DNA from: Basidiobolus meristosporus CBS 931.73
Lineage: Eukaryota; Fungi; Basidiobolomycota
Assembly (NCBI GenBank): GCA_002104905.1
Contig: MCFE01000143.1
Location: 62,001 to 126,000, forward strand
DNA length: 64,000 nt
Direction: 5' to 3'
A program made the translations under genes and the position numbers. Positions 1-12,119 of this stretch are shown here, one piece after another. Each line of letters opens with the position of its first letter. Within the stretch, counting starts at the first letter, position 1. Below the pieces are notes generated by a model. That model was not told where the DNA came from. It was given only the letters and a program-made list of their open reading frames with translations, and searched no databases.

Positions 1-303
1 GTTTTCACTTAATGATTTATTGAATGTAAAAGTTGTATTAATACTTTTCCCTGGTCTTGGCATTACAAACACGTAGAATAGGCTAAGAAGGTCCCAAGAA
101 GATGTGTGCAAAGTTTGGGGCCGTTGGGACAACTTTGAGAATTCTCATGTTCTGGGTAACTGGTATTTTGGTGAAAATATTCTATGTAAATCCCAACAAG
201 GAATTTGGTCAGTATTCTCTAGAATTTGAAGGTGATGATGTAAGTGACTAAGTTAGGTGAATATTTAGGTGGAAATACAAATTTTTACAACACTCCCACT
301 CAG

Positions 304-3016
304 CTAAATGTTCATACTAACTAGTCCTAATTTTGACCTAAGATATTCAAACTTGTCTCTGGCTAATGGTTTGGTAAATATGTCTGCAATCATTTCATCT
401 GTAGGACAGTAAGCTAAGCTAACTAAGTTATTCTATATAGCTTCACGTATGAAATGATGTCTAATATCTATGTGCTTGGTTCTAGCATGAAAAGTTGAAT
501 TTCTACCTAATTGTATACATCCTTGATTATCTTGAAATAAAGTAATAGGCATTTTTTGACATAGGCCTAATTCTGTAAAAGCTTTCTTAACCACATTGCT
601 TCTTTTGTAGCTTCACAGGCTGCCATGTACTCTGCCTCTGTGGTAGAGAGTACTATGGTTGATTGCTGTCTTGAATTCCATGAAATTGCTCCTTTACAGT
701 AAAGAAAGGTGTATCCTGTGGTGGATCTTCTGTCTTGTAGATTTTGTCCCCAATCAGCATCAGAGTATCCCACAAGATCCTGTTCTGAATCCTTATGAGT
801 GTATCTTACGCAGATATCAGCAGTTCCTTTTAGGTATCTAAAGATCCGCTTAACTCCTGCAATATGATCAGATCCATAGTTCTGATTATGTTGGCTGACA
901 ACTCCCACTGAATATGAGATACCTGGACATGTTCCAAGCATGATATACATCAGACTGCTGAGCATAGACTGATAAGTAAAGTCAGGGCTTTCAGATGGCA
1001 CCAAGCTCTCTTGATTTGGTTGAGTTTTGACCAAGTCAAGGTTTGTCTCCATTGGGGTAGCTGCCAGTTTACAGTCTTCCATTTGGTACTTCTTTAGTAT
1101 ATCTTGAATAGACTTGGATTGGCTTAGGGTGATAGTCAGGGTACTTCTGTCTATGGAGAACTTGATCCCAAAGTAGTAATTAAGTTCTCCTAGATCAAAC
1201 ATCTTGAGCTCCTTTGATAGGCTGGATTTAGTCTCTTCCAATATTTCTAGGTTATTGGTGGCTATAATAAGATCATCCACGTATAGAGCTAATAGAACTG
1301 GATTTACTCTATCTGGCTTATAGTACATACTATAGTCAGCATTACTCCTTTTGAAACTCAAAGATTCCAAATAAGAATCTATCTTGCAACTCCAGGCTCT
1401 TGGTGATTATTTGAGACCATGTAGTGACTTTTTAAGCTTGCAGACCAAATGGGGGTTATCTTGGACAACAAACCCATCAGGCTGGTCCATATACACATGT
1501 CCTCATCAAGTTCTCCATTCAAAAATGCAGCTTTTACATCCATTTGATGAATAAAAAACTTATATTCGGCTGCAATAGCCAATATTAATCTGATGGAATT
1601 AAACTTGGCTACCGGTGCAAAGGTCTCAGTATAGTCAAGTCCTTGTGTTTGAGAGTATCCTTTGGCTACAAGTCTTGCTTTGTATCTTTCAACTGTACCA
1701 TTGGCCTTGTATTTTTTCTTGAAGACCCATCTGTATCCAATTGATTTTTGGTTGATTGGTAATTTGACTAAGTCCCAAGTTTGATATTCCATCAGGGCCT
1801 GATATTCCTCAGTCATTGCAGATCTCCAAAACTTTGTCTGAGGGCTCTTTAGGGCCTCATTTACAGTCTGGGGCTCATCAATATGGACTGAATAGGCATA
1901 GGCTAAGCTTGTACCCTCATTGATATAGTAATTTGGGCTATTTCTTGTCCGATTGGATCTCTGGGCATTTGATACTGGAATGATCACTTCTGAGATATTC
2001 CTGGGCACTGATTCTGGCTGGACAACAGTTGTAGAGTCCTCTGAAGTGAAAAAATTCTTATTGTTTTGCTCTGATTCAATCCTGACAATTGGTGGACTTG
2101 GGATCAGATTTTTGTCATCATCTGATGTCATTTTTGGGGAAAACTGTGAATTTTCATCAGACAACACATCCCTAGACTTGATCAGCTTCTTTGCTTTGGT
2201 ATTGTAGAGTCTGTATGCCTTACTCTCATTGCAATAGCCCAAAAATATGCATTTGACACTTTTTGGCTCAAATTTTGACTGATTTCCAGCCAGTTTTTTG
2301 GCATATGCTGTACACCCAAATATTCTTAGATAGTCAGCACTAGGTCTGTATCCACACCATGCTTCAAATGGAGTAGAATCATGAAGTATTCTGTTATAAC
2401 TCCTATTTTTAAGGTATACAGCAGTGGCAACTGATTCCACCCAAATATTATAGGATAATTTTTGATCATGGATCATAAATCTTGCCATATCAGTTATTGA
2501 TTTGTTAGAATGTTCTGTTACTCCATTTTGCTGTGGGGAGTATGGTACAGTAGTCTCTTGCTTTATTCCACAATTTTTGCAGAAGTGAATGAAGAGTTTT
2601 GAGGTATATTCTCCACCATTGTCAGAGCATATTTTCTTGATTTTTTCACCAGTTTCTCTCTCCACCATGGCTTTAAACTCCCTGAACTTAGACAGAGCTT
2701 CTTCCTTTCTCTCCATGAAGTAGATCCATGTGTATCTTGTATAATCATCAATAAAAGTGATTAAATACTTCATCCTGCCTAAGGATAAATTTTGCATAGG
2801 TCCACACAGATCTGAGTGAGTTAAATCTAATTTTTTATTGGTTTTGATTAGCCCAGAGCTCTTGAACAGTTGTCTGGCTTGTTTCCCATATATGCAGGCT
2901 TCACATTGCTCCAAATTAGCTGAGGGATCAATTTTCACTCCAGAAATTAGCTGATCTTTGATCATTTTACGCAAATAATCAAAATTGATGTGTGCAAATC
3001 TCCTATGCCAAAGCAT
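304..3016 (-). pseudogene. copia A1 pol (integrase-RT-RNase H), disrupted
   Basis: ORFs 1379-3016 and 567-1370 are joined by a frameshift near 1490. A premature stop lies at 567; the homologous end LGLVSMNI* lies at 304. Confidence 0.92.
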
Positions 3017-3030
3017 TGGTGTTTCTTCAT

Positions 3031-3490
3031 TTAAGTTACATATATTGGCTTCCAGATATGATGGAATTTAATTCTGTTAATTAGATTTTTCATTTCTTCT
3101 CCTGGCAGCATCATTGTAGTAAAGAATTTTTGTCTCAGATACATTTTCTTAGCAGCTGAACATGACTGGTAGGTGTCTTCTAATGCATTCCAGGCATTCT
3201 TTGCCATTTTTGCTCTTGAGCATTGAATTAGCAATTTGTCTTTAACATTACGGCAAATGCAGTTAAAGGCACTTTGTTCTTTCTTCTGGTACTTTAAGGC
3301 TTCCTCTTCCACATTTTTAGGAGGGCATTCTTCTCCCATGACAATATCCCAAAGGCCTCTTTCTTGTAGCAGCATCTTCATCTTCACCTTCCACACTTGG
3401 TAGTTAGATCCATCTAACTTTTCAGCAGAGGGAAAAATTCCAGTAGTAGCAGTAGTAGACCTTGCAGAGAGTGACAGCTCAGGGCTCATA
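3031..3490 (-). pseudogene. copia A1 gag, N-terminal part only
   Basis: KLDGSNYQVWKVKMKMLL and AKNAWNALE copia gag motifs. It is fused directly to the pre-integrase region by a 787-bp deletion relative to copy A5. Confidence 0.9.
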
Positions 3491-3493
3491 ACC
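3482..3493 (-). promoter_or_regulatory. Primer-binding site, internal (half-molecule) tRNA-iMet type
   Basis: GGTTATGAGCCC immediately follows the LTR end on the minus strand. The same motif occurs at 14812, 18991-19003, 37009-37020 and 53586-53597; this PBS type is known from Drosophila copia and Ty5. Confidence 0.85.
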
Positions 3494-3842
3494 TGTTGTA
3501 AGAGTCTTGGAGATATTGGAAGTGATTGGGAGGACAAGTAGATTATGTGGTTTTCACTTAATGATTTATTGAATGTAAAAGTAGTATTTATACTTTTACA
3601 TGGTCTTGGCATTACAAACATGTAGAATAGGTTAAGGAAGGTCCCAAGAACATGTGTGCATAGTTTGGGGCTGTTTGGACAACTTTGAATATTTTCATGT
3701 TCTGGGTACCTGGTATTTTGGTGGAAATATTCTAAGTAAATCCCAACAAGGAATTTAGTCAGTATTCACTAGGATTTGAAGGTGATGATGTATGTGACTA
3801 AGTTACGTGAATATTTAAGTGGAAATACAAATTTTTACAACA
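3494..3842 (-). repeat. Family A LTR (5' LTR of A1)
   Basis: 349 bp with TGTTGTAA...TTACAACA inverted termini. Homologous LTRs at 1-292, 6163-6512, 14460-14811, 27547-27898, 37021-37370, 48193-48801, 53598-54077 and 54300-54647. Confidence 0.95.
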
Positions 3843-6512
3843 GAACATACCTCAAAACTCTTCATCCACTTCTGCAAAATTCATAGGATAAAGCAAGAAA
3901 CTACTGTACCATACTCCCCACAGCAAAAAGGAGTAGTAGAATGTGCTAACAGATCAAAAATTGATATGGCAAGATATATGATCCATGACCAAAAATTATT
4001 CTATGATTTTTGGGTGGAATCAGTTGCCACAGCTGTATACCTTAAAAATAGGAGTTACAATGAAATACTTTGTAATTCTACTCCATTTGAAGCATGGTAT
4101 GGATACAGACCAAGTGCAGAACATCTAAAAATAGTTGGATGTACAGCATATGCCAAAAAAACTGGCTGGAAATCAGTCAAAATTTGAGCCAAAAAGTGTC
4201 AAATGCATATTTTTGGGCTATTGCAATGAGAGTAAGGCATACAGACTCTACAATACCAAAGCAAAGAAGCTGATCAAGTCTAGGGATGTGTTGTCTGATG
4301 AAAATTCAAAATATTCCCCAAAAATGACATCAGATGATGACAAAAATCTGATCCCAAGTCCACCAATTGTCAGGATTGAATCAGAGCAAAACAATGAGAA
4401 TTTTTTTCACTTCAGAGGACTCTACAACTGTTGTCCAGCCAGAATCAGTGCCCAGGAATATCTCAGAAGTGATCATTCCAGTATCAAATGCCTGGAGATC
4501 CAATTGGACAAGAAATAGCCCAAATTACTATATCAATGAGGGTACAAGCTTAGCCTATGCCTATTCAGTCCATATTGATGAACCCCAGACTGTAAAAGAG
4601 GCCCTAAATAGCCCTCAGACGTAGTTTTGGAGATCTGCAATGACTGAGGAATATCAGGCCCTGATGGAATATTGAACTTGGGACTTAGTCAAATTACCAA
4701 TCAACCAAAAATCAATAGGATGCAGATGGGTCTTCAAGACAAAATACAAGGCAGATGGTACAGTTGAAAGATACAAAGCAAGACTTGTAGCCAAAGGATA
4801 CTCTCAAACAAAAGGACTTGACTATACTGAGACCTTTGCACCAGTAGCCAAGTTTAATTCCATCAGATTAATATTGGCTATTGCAGCCAAATATAAGTTT
4901 TTTATTCATCAAATGGATGTAAAAACTGCATTTTTGAATGGAGAACTAGATGAGGACATGTATATGGACCAGCCTGATGGGTTTGTTGTCCAAGATAACC
5001 CCCATTTGGTCTGCAAGCTTAAAAAGTCACTACATGGTCTCAAACAATCACCAAGAGCCTGGAGTTGCAAGATAGATTCTTATTTGGAATCTTTGAGTTT
5101 CAAAAGGAGTAATGCTGGCTATAGTATGTACTATAAGCCAGATAGAGTAAATCCAGTTCTATTAGCTCTATATGTGGATGATCTTATTATAGCCACCAAT
5201 AACCTAGAAACATTGGAAGTGACTAAATCCAGCCTATCAAAGGATTTCAAGATGTTTGATCTAGGAGAACTTGGTTACTACTTAGGGATTAAGTTCTCCA
5301 TAGACAGAAGTACCCAGACTATCACCCTAAGCCAATATAAGTATATTCAAGATATACTAAAGAAGTACCAAATGGAAGACTGTAAATTGGCAGCTACCCC
5401 AATGGAGACAAACCTTAACTTGGTCAAAACTCAACCAAATCAAGAGAGCTTGGTGCCATCTGAAAGCCCTGACTTTCCTTATCAATCTATGGCCAGCAGT
5501 CTGATGTATATCATGCCTGGAACACGTCCAGGTATCTCATATTCAGTGGGAGTTGTCAGCCAACATAATCAGAACTATGGATCTGATCATATTGCAGCAG
5601 TTAAGCGGATTTTTAGATACCTAAAAGGAACTGCTGATATCTGCTTAAGATACACTTATAAGGATTCAGAACAGCATCTTGTGGGATACTCTGATGCTGA
5701 TTGGGGACAAAATCTAGAAGACAGAAGATCCACCACAGGATGCACCTTTTTTTATTGTAAAGGAGCAATTTCATGGAACTCAAGAAAGCAACCAACCATA
5801 GCACTCTCTACCACAGAGGCAGAGAATATGGCAGCCTGTGAAGCTACAAAAGAAGCAATGTGGTTAAGAAAACTTTTTACAGATTTAGGCCTATGTCAAA
5901 AAACACCTATTACTTTATTTCAAGATAATCAAGGATGTATACAATTAGGTAGAAATCCAACTTTTCATGCTAGAACCAAGCACATAGATATTAGACATCA
6001 TTTCATACGTGAAGCTATATAGAATAACTTAGTTAGCTTAGCTTACTGTCCTACAGATGAAATGATTGCAGACATATTTACCAAACCATTAGCCAGAGAC
6101 AAGTTTGAATATCTTTGGTCAAAATTAGGACTACTTAGTATGAACATTTAGCTGAGTGGGAGTGTTGTAAAAATTTGTATTTCCACCTGAATATTCACCT
6201 AACATAGTCACTTACATCATCACCTTCAAATTCTAGAGAATGCTGACCAAAATTCCTTGTTGGGATTTACTTAGAATATTTTCACCAAAATACCAGGTAC
6301 CCAGTACATGAAAATTCTCAAAGTTGTCCAAACAGCCCCAAACTCTGCACACATGTTCTTGGAATCTTCCTTAACCTATTCCTAGTGTTTGTTATGCCAA
6401 GACCAGGGAAAAGTATAAATACTACTTTTACATTCAATAAATCATTAAGTGAAAGCCACATAATCACTTGTTCTCCCAAATCACTTCCACTATCTCCAAG
6501 ACTCTTACAACA
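3843..6512 (+). mobile_element. copia family A copy A2 (3' half: partial integrase, RT, RNase H, PPT, 3' LTR)
   Basis: Starts abruptly at EHTSKLFIHF next to the A1 LTR. ORFs 3819-4187, 4135-4518 and 4874-6022; pol end at 6151; PPT gagtgggag at 6154-6162; LTR 6163-6512. Confidence 0.93.
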
Positions 6513-6791
6513 GTTTTGACTTTGGAGGCTTTGGTACATTGTCATCTCAAAGGATGCTGAATCCAGCACATACTTTTGTTAAGACACCAACTAAGTTGGG
6601 GATTGTAGCTCAATAGTTTTCCCTTGACAAGCTTGTGGCTTTATTCCCCTTCACATTAGATTAGAGACAGAACCCAAGTATTCCTAGCAAGCTTTTGCCA
6701 GATGTTATTGCACCCAGTGAACACCCCACACTCAAAACACTTGCAAAGTGTGGACATATCTCTCTTTTGGACTTATACACCACCACATATT

Positions 6792-6809
6792 TGGCACCTA
6801 ATGTGGGGG
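6792..6809 (+). promoter_or_regulatory. PBS, tRNA-Lys type (mutated)
   Basis: TGGCACCTAATGTGGGGG versus the canonical Lys PBS TGGCGCCCAACGTGGGGC; three of the four differences are C>T/G>A transitions. Confidence 0.65.
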
Positions 6810-6927
6810 GCTCATACAAGCTCCCTAGGACCCAACAAGACTTACCTGAAGATTTGAGCTGTTATCCACTTATTGAAACAAGACTACCAATATTATCAAG
6901 ATAACAACACCAACCTACCTACCCAAA

Positions 6928-7968
6928 ATGAATTCTATGCCATTACCACTCTCACATGGAGCCCCACAGTTTGATGGAAAGAACGTGGAAAGCTTCATAT
7001 TCAAGTGGGAGAAGCTCTGCAAGATGTGCAGCCTATCTGAACAAGAAATGGCTGAAGACTTCCCCTACTACTGCAGCAATGATATTACCACTAAGCTTCT
7101 CAGACAAGGAGACATTCTCACTGAGTGGGCCTTAATGAAGACATACCTACACACCAAGTATGGTAGACCCCAGATATACTATGGAATTGAAGACCTCAGA
7201 CACTTTGGTAGGACCGGACTTTCCAAGCTACCACTTGAAGAGTTCATTCAACAGTATGAAGATATGGCCAAGTCACTCCTAGAGTCCCAGACTATAACTG
7301 AGTTTACCATGACACTTTACCTTGCACAAGGGCTTCCTCAGGACTTGGCAAGGAAAATTGACTTACATGCAGCCAAGGATGACAAGTCTGGCATCCCTTG
7401 CTTTGCAGATATGAAACGTGTTCTCCTAGAGGTAAAGCAAACTTCCACCTTTATGAGACTCCTGACATCTAATCTGCCAGACCAGTCAACTAAGGAGCCA
7501 AGGAGTGCTGTTGCTGACAATCAGACCTACACTACCAACAGAATTGACCAACTTGCTGAACAGCTACAAAAGCTAGCCCTCAAGATTAATGGCTCAGCTG
7601 AGGTTGCTACTGAGGGTCAAAGACCTTTGCCCAGACACTGCATCTGGTGTGACTCTACTCAACATGCCAGACAAGAATGCTCAGAGCTTAGTCAGCTACT
7701 CAGAGAAGGAGCAGTACAGTTTGATGCTGATGGAATGCTTGCTGACAAGGAAGGAAGAAGGATTCCCACTAATTTCCAAAGAGGAGGGATGAGAGCCCTT
7801 TTACAGAAATCTGACTCAGCAACCAGAAAGATTACTATTGATGCGCCTACTGGGACTCATACAGTGAATCCAAACAACCCTGACAGCAAACAATACAAAG
7901 TTGATGCCTTTGCTACCAAAAGACACCTCCCTGAAGAACCTGCCAAACCCATCCTTAGAAGACCATGA
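6928..7968 (+). CDS. gypsy B gag (346 aa) with CCHC zinc knuckle
   Basis: APQFDGKNVESFIFKWE retrotransposon-gag-like N-terminus; CIWCDSTQHARQEC fits CX2CX4HX4C. Confidence 0.8.
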   Translation: MNSMPLPLSHGAPQFDGKNVESFIFKWEKLCKMCSLSEQEMAEDFPYYCSNDITTKLLRQGDILTEWALMKTYLHTKYGRPQIYYGIEDLRHFGRTGLSKLPLEEFIQQYEDMAKSLLESQTITEFTMTLYLAQGLPQDLARKIDLHAAKDDKSGIPCFADMKRVLLEVKQTSTFMRLLTSNLPDQSTKEPRSAVADNQTYTTNRIDQLAEQLQKLALKINGSAEVATEGQRPLPRHCIWCDSTQHARQECSELSQLLREGAVQFDADGMLADKEGRRIPTNFQRGGMRALLQKSDSATRKITIDAPTGTHTVNPNNPDSKQYKVDAFATKRHLPEEPAKPILRRP

Positions 7969-8039
7969 TTTGACAAACCTGAAGCTGTTATTGACAAGAG
8001 GCCTAGTATGCTGCCCACCCAAGATCCATTGCCTCACCT

Positions 8040-11000
8040 TTGATGACCTCAAAGATAGCAAGCTACTCAAGCCCTCAACTGATTACTGAGAAGCTGCTGA
8101 AGCAGAACCTCACTTTGTTGGTTGGAGAAATCATTAGTGTATCCCCATCTGTTAGGAAGACCTTTGATGGGCAGCTTAGAACAAGACAACAAGCTGTTGA
8201 ACATATGGACACCCATATAATTCAGACAAACCATGAAGACCACCAAAAGGATGACAACACTACTGAATATAAGACCTTTTACTCTATTGCAACTGCTGTG
8301 GTGAAAGGGTATATATATGATGACCCTGTTGACTGCCATATTGACAGTGGCTCAGAGATTTGTGTTATGCCGCTAGATTTCTGGAAGACACTTAGAGGCA
8401 AGGAGCTACTGCCTGTTGATAGAGTTATTGGATGGAACATGACTGATGCAAACTCAGGATCTAGTCCACCCTATGGTGTAGTGCACAAGTTCCCTATTGA
8501 GGTACAAGGAATCAAGGTCTGGCTTCCCCTCTTCATCTGCCAGAAGGCAAACTTTGACCTTCTGCTAGGTAGACCATGGGAAACCAGTACCAAGGCTACA
8601 ACTACCAACTATTTCAATGGGTCAGTATGGTACACCATACAAGGATCCAGCCCAGAACTACAGTCAACCTTCTGTGGTGTAGCACCCAACAATAAGAGGA
8701 TGCATACTGCTTGCCAGAAGACACATCCTGTTATAGAAGAAGATGAGGAGCCTGACAATATACACCCCAACATTTGGAGCTGCTCATTAGGTATACAGGA
8801 GCAGACAACTATGGTTTAAACAAAATACAAGACAATAGAACAGAAGATTAGACCATCACTTGCCCCTTTGATTGATGGATCTTGACCTGCTGATTACATT
8901 AGACCACCAGAAGAAACACCAGAAGATATACAACTTACACCTGAGAGACTCAAGCAACTTATCATTGGTGATGGAAGCCTAACACCAGAGGAGATACTAT
9001 TACTTAAAGAGACCTTGAAAAGGCATGATAAGGGCTTCTCATATAGTGACAAGGAGATGGGACTCTTAAAGACACTGGCTGAAAAACCTATTAAGATTCA
9101 TACAGTGCCCCACACACCCTGGTCATTTAAGCCTTACCCACTGCCCAGAGGACTCCAAGCTGATGTGCATGACCTACTTAAGAAGAAGATAGAAGCTGGT
9201 ATCCTAGAACCTTGCCATGGACCTTATGCTAACAGATGGTTTGTGACCAAAAAGAAGAATGGAAAGCTCCAATTCATTCAAGACAGGCAACCTGCAAATG
9301 CTATCACTATCAGAGATGCTGCTATACCTCCATCTATTGATGACTTTGCAGAAAGCTTTAGTGGCCACTCCATCTACTCAACATACAATCTCTACTCAGG
9401 ATATGACCAGATCCCCCTTGATGAGACATCAAGAGATATGTTTGCACTCCAGACACCATTTGGACTATTAAGGATGATAAGACTCAGCCAAGGGGCTACC
9501 AACTCCGTGGCCCAGTTCCAGAGATGCATGGTGAATGTGCTGTATCAGTTTATACCTGAGAAACTTGCTGTCTTTGTTGATGATATATGCATCAAAGGAC
9601 CAAAAATCCGGGACACTACTGAAGTTATGCCTGGAGTAAGAAAGTTTTTCTATGATCATATTTCAGACAATGATGCCATATTAGGAGCCATTGAAGAAGC
9701 TGGACTCACCATCAGTGGTGAGAAAAGCAGCTTTGGTGTATCAGAGATATCCATTGCTGGACAAAATGCAACACCTTTGGTTGCTCACCTGAAGACTCCA
9801 AGACACAAAAGATATGCAACTGGCCTACCCCCACAAATCTCACACAAGCTTGTGGCTTTGTGGCAGCTTGTGGGTTCTTTAGGATCTGGATTCCAAGATT
9901 TTCTGAGATAGCAGAACCAACTTACCAACTACAGAGAAAGAATACCCCATTTATCTGGGGAGAAGAGCAAGAAGAAGCCATGCAATTACGAAAAGAGGCC
10001 TTAGTATCTCCACCAGTTCTAAGACCTCTTGACTATCAGAACACTGAATGCCTACCTATTTTGACAGTGGATACAAGCCCTATAGGAGCTGGAGCACTAC
10101 TTGGCCAAGATGATGAAGATGGCAACTGCTATACCTGCAGATATGAGAGCTGCCTATTCTCTCCTAGAGAACAAAGATACTCACAAATTAAGAGAGAGCT
10201 ACTAGGAGTTGTGAGGATGCTGAGGAAACTGAAGTCACAACTCTACATGACACATTTCATCCTGGAAACAGATGCCAAGCCACTTATAGGAATGGTCAAC
10301 AAGCCTGACCTACCTGATGATGCCACAAACCAATGGATGGCATGGCTGAAAATGCTTGACTTTGAGGTCAGACATATCCCTGGCAAGACAAATGTTGTAG
10401 CTGATGCACTCTCCAGGAAGGGACCACATTTATTTGAAGACTTGGACGCTCACTTTGATGATATTATTGATGCAGAGATCTGACAGATTGCCATCAAAGA
10501 CCAAGAGAGAACTACCTGGAGTCTGATCAAGGATTATCTAAGGACACTTAAGAAACCTAGTTGGATGGAAACTCAGGAAGAAGGCACACCACTACTATCT
10601 CAAAGATGATCTTCTCTTTAAGCAAGTGAAGCCTGGACTTATGCCAAGAAGAGTAGTCACTACCCCACAAGAGCAACTGAACATCATGACAAGTATCCAC
10701 CAAGGAGAACCAGGAGGACATAGAGGACAAGAAGCTACCTACAATGCCACAGCTCAGAGGTACTACTGGGATAACATGTACTCTGATATCCAACACTTTG
10801 TTGAGTCATGTGTAGCCTGCCAGAAGAGATCATCCAAGTGTTATGAAGAGCCACTGCATCCTACTTACACAATCTGTCTATGGCAAAAGGTTGGTATTAA
10901 CCTTGTCCACATGCCAACAGCTGGATCAAAAAAGTACCTGATTGTTGCAAGAGATGACCTTAGTGGATGGGCAGAGGCTTGAGCCTTGCTAAACAACAAG

Positions 11001-11597
11001 AGCCATACCATATGGAGATTTATACTTGAAGACATCATATGCATATTTGGCTGCATCCAACAGTTTGTTGCTGACAGAGGGGAGATGACATCCCAAATGA
11101 TCCAGGAGTTGTGCTCAAAGTACAAGATACACATTGCTTTTACAACAGCTTACCACCCTCAAGCCAATGGAATGACAGAGAGAGGACATGGACCATTGGT
11201 GAACTCTTTTGTCAAGACCTGTGAGAATAATAAAACACTGTGGCCACAGCAATTATATCTTGCACTCTGGGCAGATGGAATTACTACCAAGAGAACAACT
11301 GGATTATTGCCATTCAAACTACTCTATGGACATGACTGCATACTATCAGTTGAGTTAAACACAGTCACTTGGTACTCATTGAATTGGAGATTCAATATGC
11401 AGACTGAAGACCTCCTTGCAACTTGCATACAGCAACTTGATCACCATGACTTGAATATCAGCAGAGCTGCTGAACAACTTAAGGATACACAACTGAAGAA
11501 CAAGGTGCCCTTTGACAAATCACACCCAACAAGACCAAAACCACTATCACTAGGAGACCCAGTATTACTCTATGATTCCACCTTGGACAAACAATGA
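8040..11597 (+). pseudogene. gypsy B pol: protease (8040-8819), RT (9015-9911), RNase H (9860-10483), integrase (10626-11597)
   Basis: IDSGSE protease site; LYSGYDQ, LSQGATNS and VFVDD RT motifs; TVDTSP, ELLGVV and ETDAKPL RNase H motifs; GHRG...C..C zinc finger; YHPQANGMTER integrase. Broken into several frames. Confidence 0.9.
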
Positions 11598-12119
11598 AGT
11601 TGGAAGTTTGACAACAAATGGACTGGCCCCTACCTCAGACCACAGGGCTCTCCCAGGAAGCCGCACTGACAGCCAACTGACCTTGGAGGCACTACTTGTG
11701 AGGAATACTCAGAGTAGGCATCTTTTATTATATTTGATTCTTTCCCAAGTTTGTTCTTGTACAGGCAAAGATACTTTTCTGTCTTTGTAACTATTGACCA
11801 CAGCTGCATTCTTATCAAGTCCCTGCTGGTGGAGTTTACAGTTGTTTTGACTTTGGAAGCTTTAGTACATTGTCATCTCAAAGGACGCTGAACCCAGCAC
11901 ATACTTTTGTTAAGACACCAACTAAGTTGGGGATTGTAGCTCAATAGTTTTCCCTTGGCAAGCTTGTGGCTTTATTCCCCTTCACATTAGATTAGAGACA
12001 GAACCCAAGTATTCCTAGCAAGCTTTTGCCAGAGGTTATTGCACCCAGTGAGCACCCCACACACAAAACACTTGAGAAGTGTTGGATGTATCTCTCCCTT
12101 GGACTTATACACCACCACA

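Larger units (their letters stand above)
1..3842 (-). mobile_element. Ty1/copia LTR retrotransposon family A, copy A1 (3' LTR cut by window start; internally deleted, frameshifted)
   Basis: 3' LTR part at 1-292 ending TTTTACAACA, PPT at 293-301 (gagtgggag on minus), 5' LTR 3494-3842, PBS 3482-3493. Minus-strand order is gag, GAG-pre-integrase (WHRRFAH), integrase (HSDLCGP, DNGGEY), RT (HQMDVK, YVDD), RNase H (YSDADWG), which is the copia domain order. Confidence 0.95.
6513..12119 (+). mobile_element. Ty3/gypsy LTR retrotransposon family B (decayed)
   Basis: LTR remnant 6513-6787 matches 11844-12119, both ending ACACCACCACA. PBS at 6792-6809. Domain order gag, protease, RT, RNase H, integrase is gypsy-type. 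Many stops and frameshifts. Confidence 0.92.

Noticed and set aside
3500-3621. ORF-track starts MFVMPRPCKS... (also 48320, 53725, 27868)
   Set aside because: They begin inside the LTR upstream of the PBS and are simply stop-free read-through into gag, not separate genes.
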